DNA from: Eledone cirrhosa
Lineage: Eukaryota
Length of the DNA stretch: 64,000 nt
Assembly (NCBI GenBank): GCA_964016885.1
Contig: OZ024748.1
Location: 56,110,001 to 56,174,000, forward strand
Direction: 5' to 3'
Shown here: positions 59,735 to 64,000 of the stretch, piece after piece
Numbering within the stretch: position 1 is the stretch's first letter
How the letters are laid out: each line of letters begins with the position of its first letter
Translations under genes and position numbers: made by a program
Notes under the pieces: model-generated
What the model was told of the DNA's origin: nothing
Databases searched by the model: none
The model's input: the letters and a program-made list of their open reading frames with translations, nothing else

Positions 59735-62250
59735 TTACCATTAGTCTCTCCCCGTCACTCTCTCTCTCTCTCTCTCTCTGCCATCAGTCTCTCCTCATCT
59801 CTTTCTATCTCTCACTCTAACTGTCTCTCTCTCTATCTTTACCAGAGTCTCTCCCCGCCACTCTCTCTCTATCTTTACCACCAATCTCTCCCCGTTATCC
59901 TCTCTATCACTCAGTCTGTCTCTCTCTATCTTTACCACCAGTCTCTCCTCGCCACTCTTTCTCTATCGCTCACTCTGTCTCTCTCTATCTTTACCACCAG
60001 TCTCTCCCCGCCACTCTTTCTCTATCGCTCACTCTGTCTCTCTCTATCTTTACCACCAGTCTCTCCCCGTCACTCTCTCTATCTCTCACTCTGTCTCTCT
60101 CTATCTTTACCCCCAGTCTCTCCCCGTCACTCTCTCTATCACTCAGTCTGTCTCTCTCTATCTTTACCACAAGTCTCTCCCCGCCACTCTTTCTCTATCG
60201 CTCACTCTGTCTCTCTCTATATTTACCACCAGTCTCTCCCCGCCACTCTTTCTCTATCGCTCACTCTGTCTCTCTCTATCTTTACCACCAGTCTCTCCCC
60301 GTCACTCTCTCTATCTATCACTCTATCTTTACCACCAGTCTCTCCCCGTCACCCTCTCTATATCTCACTCTGTCTCTCTCTATCTTTACCACCAGTCTCT
60401 CCACGCCACTCTCTCTCTATCTTTACCACCAGTCTCTCCCCGCCACTCTCTCTATCTTTCACTCTGTCTCTCTCTCTATCTTTACCACCAGTCTCTCCCC
60501 GCCACTCTCTCTCTATCTTTACCACCAGTCTCTCCCCGCCACTCTCTCTATCTCTCACTCTGTCTCTCTCTCTATCTTTACCACCAGTCTCTCCCCGCCA
60601 CTCTCTCTCTCTATCTTTACCACCAGTCTCTCCCCGCCGCTCTCTCTATATCTTTACCACCAGTCTCTCCCCGTCACCCTCTCTATCTCTCACTCTGTCT
60701 CTCTCTATCTTTACCACCAGTCTCTCCCCGTCACCCTCTCTATCTCTCACTCTGTCTCTCTCTATCTTTACCACCAGTCTCTCCGCGTCACTCTCTCTAT
60801 CTTTCACTCACTCTGTCTCTCTCTATCTTTACCACCAGTCTCTCCCCGTCATTCTCTCTATCTCTCACTCTGTCTCTCTCTATCTTTACCACCAGTCTCT
60901 CCGCGTCACTCTCTCTATCTCTCACTCTGTCTCTCTCTATCTTTACCACCAGTCTCTCCTCGTCACTCTCTCTATGTTTCACTCTGTCTCTCTCTCTATC
61001 TTTACCACCAGTCTCTCCCCGTCACACTCTCTATCTTTCACTGTGTATCTCTCTCTATCTTTACCACCAGTCTCTCCCCGCCACTCTCTCTATCTTTCAC
61101 TCTGTCTCTCTCTATCTTTACCACCAGTCTCTCCCCGTCACTCTCTCTATCTTTCACTCACTCTGTCTCTCTCTATCTTTACCACCAGTCTCTCCCCGTC
61201 ATTCTCTCTATCTCTCACTCTGTCTCTCTCTATCTTTACCACCAGTCTCTCCCCGTCACTCTCTCTATGTTTCACTCTGTCTCTCTCTCTATCTTTACCA
61301 CCAGTCTCTCCCCGCCACTCTCTCTATCTTTCACTGTGTCTCTCTCTATCTTTACCACCAGTCTCTCCCCGCCACTCTCTCTATCTTTCACACTGTCTCT
61401 CTCTATATTTACCACCAGTCTCTCCCCGTCACTCTCTCTATCTTTCACACTGTCTCTCTCTATCTTTACCACCAGTCTCTCCCCGTCACTCTCTCTATAT
61501 TTCACTGTGTATCTCTCTCTATCTTTACCAGCAGTCTCTCCCCGTCACTCTCTCTATCTTTCACTGTGTATCTCTCTCTATCTTTACCACCAGTCTCTCC
61601 CCGTCACTCTCTCTATCTCTCACTCTGTCTCTCTCTATCTTTACCACCAGTCTCTCCCCTCCACTCTCTCTCTATCTTTACCACCAGTCTCTCCCCGCCA
61701 CTCTCTCTCTATCTTTACCACCAGTCTCTCCCCTCCACTCTCTCTCTATCTTTACCACCAGTCTCTCCCCGCCACTCTATATCTATCTTTACCACCAGTC
61801 TCTCCCCGCCACTCTCTCTCTATCTTTACCACCAGTCTCTCCCCTCCACTCTCTCTCTATCTTTACCACCAGTCTCTCCCCGCCACTCTCTCTCTATCTT
61901 TACCACCAGTCTCTCCCCGCCACTCTCTCTCTCTATCTTTACCACCAATCTCTCCCCGCCACTCTCTCTCTATCTTTACCACCAGTCTCTCCCCTCCACT
62001 CTCTCTCTATCTTTACCACCAGTCTCTCCCCGCCACTCTCTCTCTATCTTTACCACCAGTCTCTCCCCGCCACTCTCTCTCTATCTTTACCACCAGTCTC
62101 TCCCCGCCACTCTCTCTCTATCTTTACCACCAGTATCTCCCCGCCACTCTCTCTCTATCTTTACCACCAGTCGCTCCCCGCCACTCTCTCTCTATCTTTA
62201 CCACCAGACTCTCCCCGTCACTCTCTCTCTATCTTTCACTCTGTCTCTCT
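59735..62250. repeat. CT-rich minisatellite (37-bp core unit, ~60-bp extended unit)
   Basis: tctatctttaccaccagtctctccccg(c/t)cactctc repeated dozens of times. Confidence 0.95.
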
Positions 62251-62593
62251 CTATTTAACAACCGTTCTGTATTGGCTTATTTTTACTATTTCTATCATGT
62301 CGTTCAGTTCCTCTCATTCACATTTCCACTGTCACAGAGTCCTTTTTCTCTCTGTCTCTATGTCTGTCTCTCTCTCTCTCTCTCCGTCACTCTCTCTATA
62401 TTTCACTATGTCTCTCTCTGTCTCACTCTCACTCTCTCTAACTCCCCTGTTTCTGCCCCACCCCCACTCTCTCTCTCACACACATTCTATCATTCTCTAT
62501 CTATTTCTTTCTCGCTATCTATCTATCCATCTATCTGTTTATCTTTCTCTCTCTCTCCCTCTCTCCCTCTCTCCCTCTCCTCTCTCTCTCTCA

Positions 62594-62641
<48 letters not shown>

Positions 62642-62796
62642 TTATATGTCTGTGTCTGTGTGTCTGTGTTTATACAAATAAATATATATTTACAGGTGAA
62701 TATAGACATATTTATATATATTATACTCTTTTACTCTTTTACCTGTTCCAGCACTACGGCTGAGGCCATACTGGGGCATCTCCCTTGTTGATACAC

Positions 62797-62869
<73 letters not shown>

Positions 62870-62879
62870 CATATATATA

Positions 62880-63060
<181 letters not shown>

Positions 63061-63061
63061 C

Positions 63062-63172
<111 letters not shown>

Positions 63173-63184
63173 TATGTGTGTGTG

Positions 63185-63308
<124 letters not shown>

Positions 63309-63465
63309 TATGTGTATATATATATATAAATATGTGTATTATATATGTGTGTATGTGTGTATATGTGTATGTGTGTGTGGCCTTGTATGATTTTTTGTTT
63401 TGTTATTGATCCAATCGGCTGCGTCAGCCCTTGACACAAAAATGGAATAAGAGAGGCATAAGCTC

Positions 63466-63979
63466 CATGTATAGAGCTACCATGTAGCACCATATCCCAT
63501 GTCCATGTTTATAGCTACCATGTAGCACCATATGCCATGTCCATGTTTATAGCTACCATGTAGCACAATATGCCATGTCCATGTGTAGAGCTACCATGTA
63601 GCACCATATGCCATGTCCATGTGTAGAGCTACCATGTAGAACCATATGCCATGTCCATGTGTATAGCTACCATGTAGCACCATATGCCATGTCCATGTTT
63701 ATAGCTACCATGTAGCACAATATGCCATGTCCATGTGTATAGCTACCATGTAGCACCATATGCCATGTCCTTGTGTAGAGCTACCATGTAGCACCATATG
63801 CCATGTATAGAGCTACCATGTAGCACCATATGCCATGCCCATGTATAGAGCTACCATGTAGCACCATATGCCGTGTGTAGAGCTACCATGTAGCACCATA
63901 TGCCATATCCATGAGTAGAGCTACCATGTAGCACCATATGCCATGTGTAGAGCTACCATGTAGCACCATATGCCATGTT
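63466..63979. repeat. Minisatellite, 38-bp unit with 32-bp variants
   Basis: catgtagcaccatatgccatgtccatgt(g/t)ta(g/t)agctac, about 14 copies. Confidence 0.95.
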
Positions 63980-64000
63980 CGAATTAACAGAGTTTCTTAC

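Noticed and set aside
60974-62791. 605-aa and 498-aa S/L/P-rich ORFs
   Set aside because: Translations of the CT-rich minisatellite.
63466-63979. Regular ~38-bp repeat resembling a CRISPR array
   Set aside because: Units are contiguous with no unique spacers, there are no cas genes, and the context is eukaryotic.

Overview
AT-rich, microsatellite-saturated eukaryotic non-coding DNA. It is probably an intron or intergenic region of an octopus-like cephalopod; this is inferred from the recurring tRNA-type SINE family and the extreme (TA)n/(CA)n/(GA)n density. No host protein-coding exon can be supported. Nearly all listed ORFs are translations of simple repeats, and the only protein-like pieces are decayed non-LTR retrotransposon ends (RTE-like x2, Tx1/L1-like, possibly R4-like). 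Ordinary repeats include about a dozen SINE copies, Tc1/mariner and hAT MITEs, and three minisatellites. The most striking signal is a dense set of short non-coding islands embedded in (TA)n that carry type I hammerhead ribozyme (HHR) motifs (CUGANGA...GAAA...NUH with pairable stems). They belong to at least five unrelated sequence families. Many are fold-back palindromes whose axis lies in or next to the ribozyme, and several share a GTATYRAGTAC box about 45 nt before the (TA)n junction. They look like Penelope-like pLTR or retrozyme-type elements targeting (TA)n. Folding was done by eye and family assignments are from pattern recognition, not database searches.
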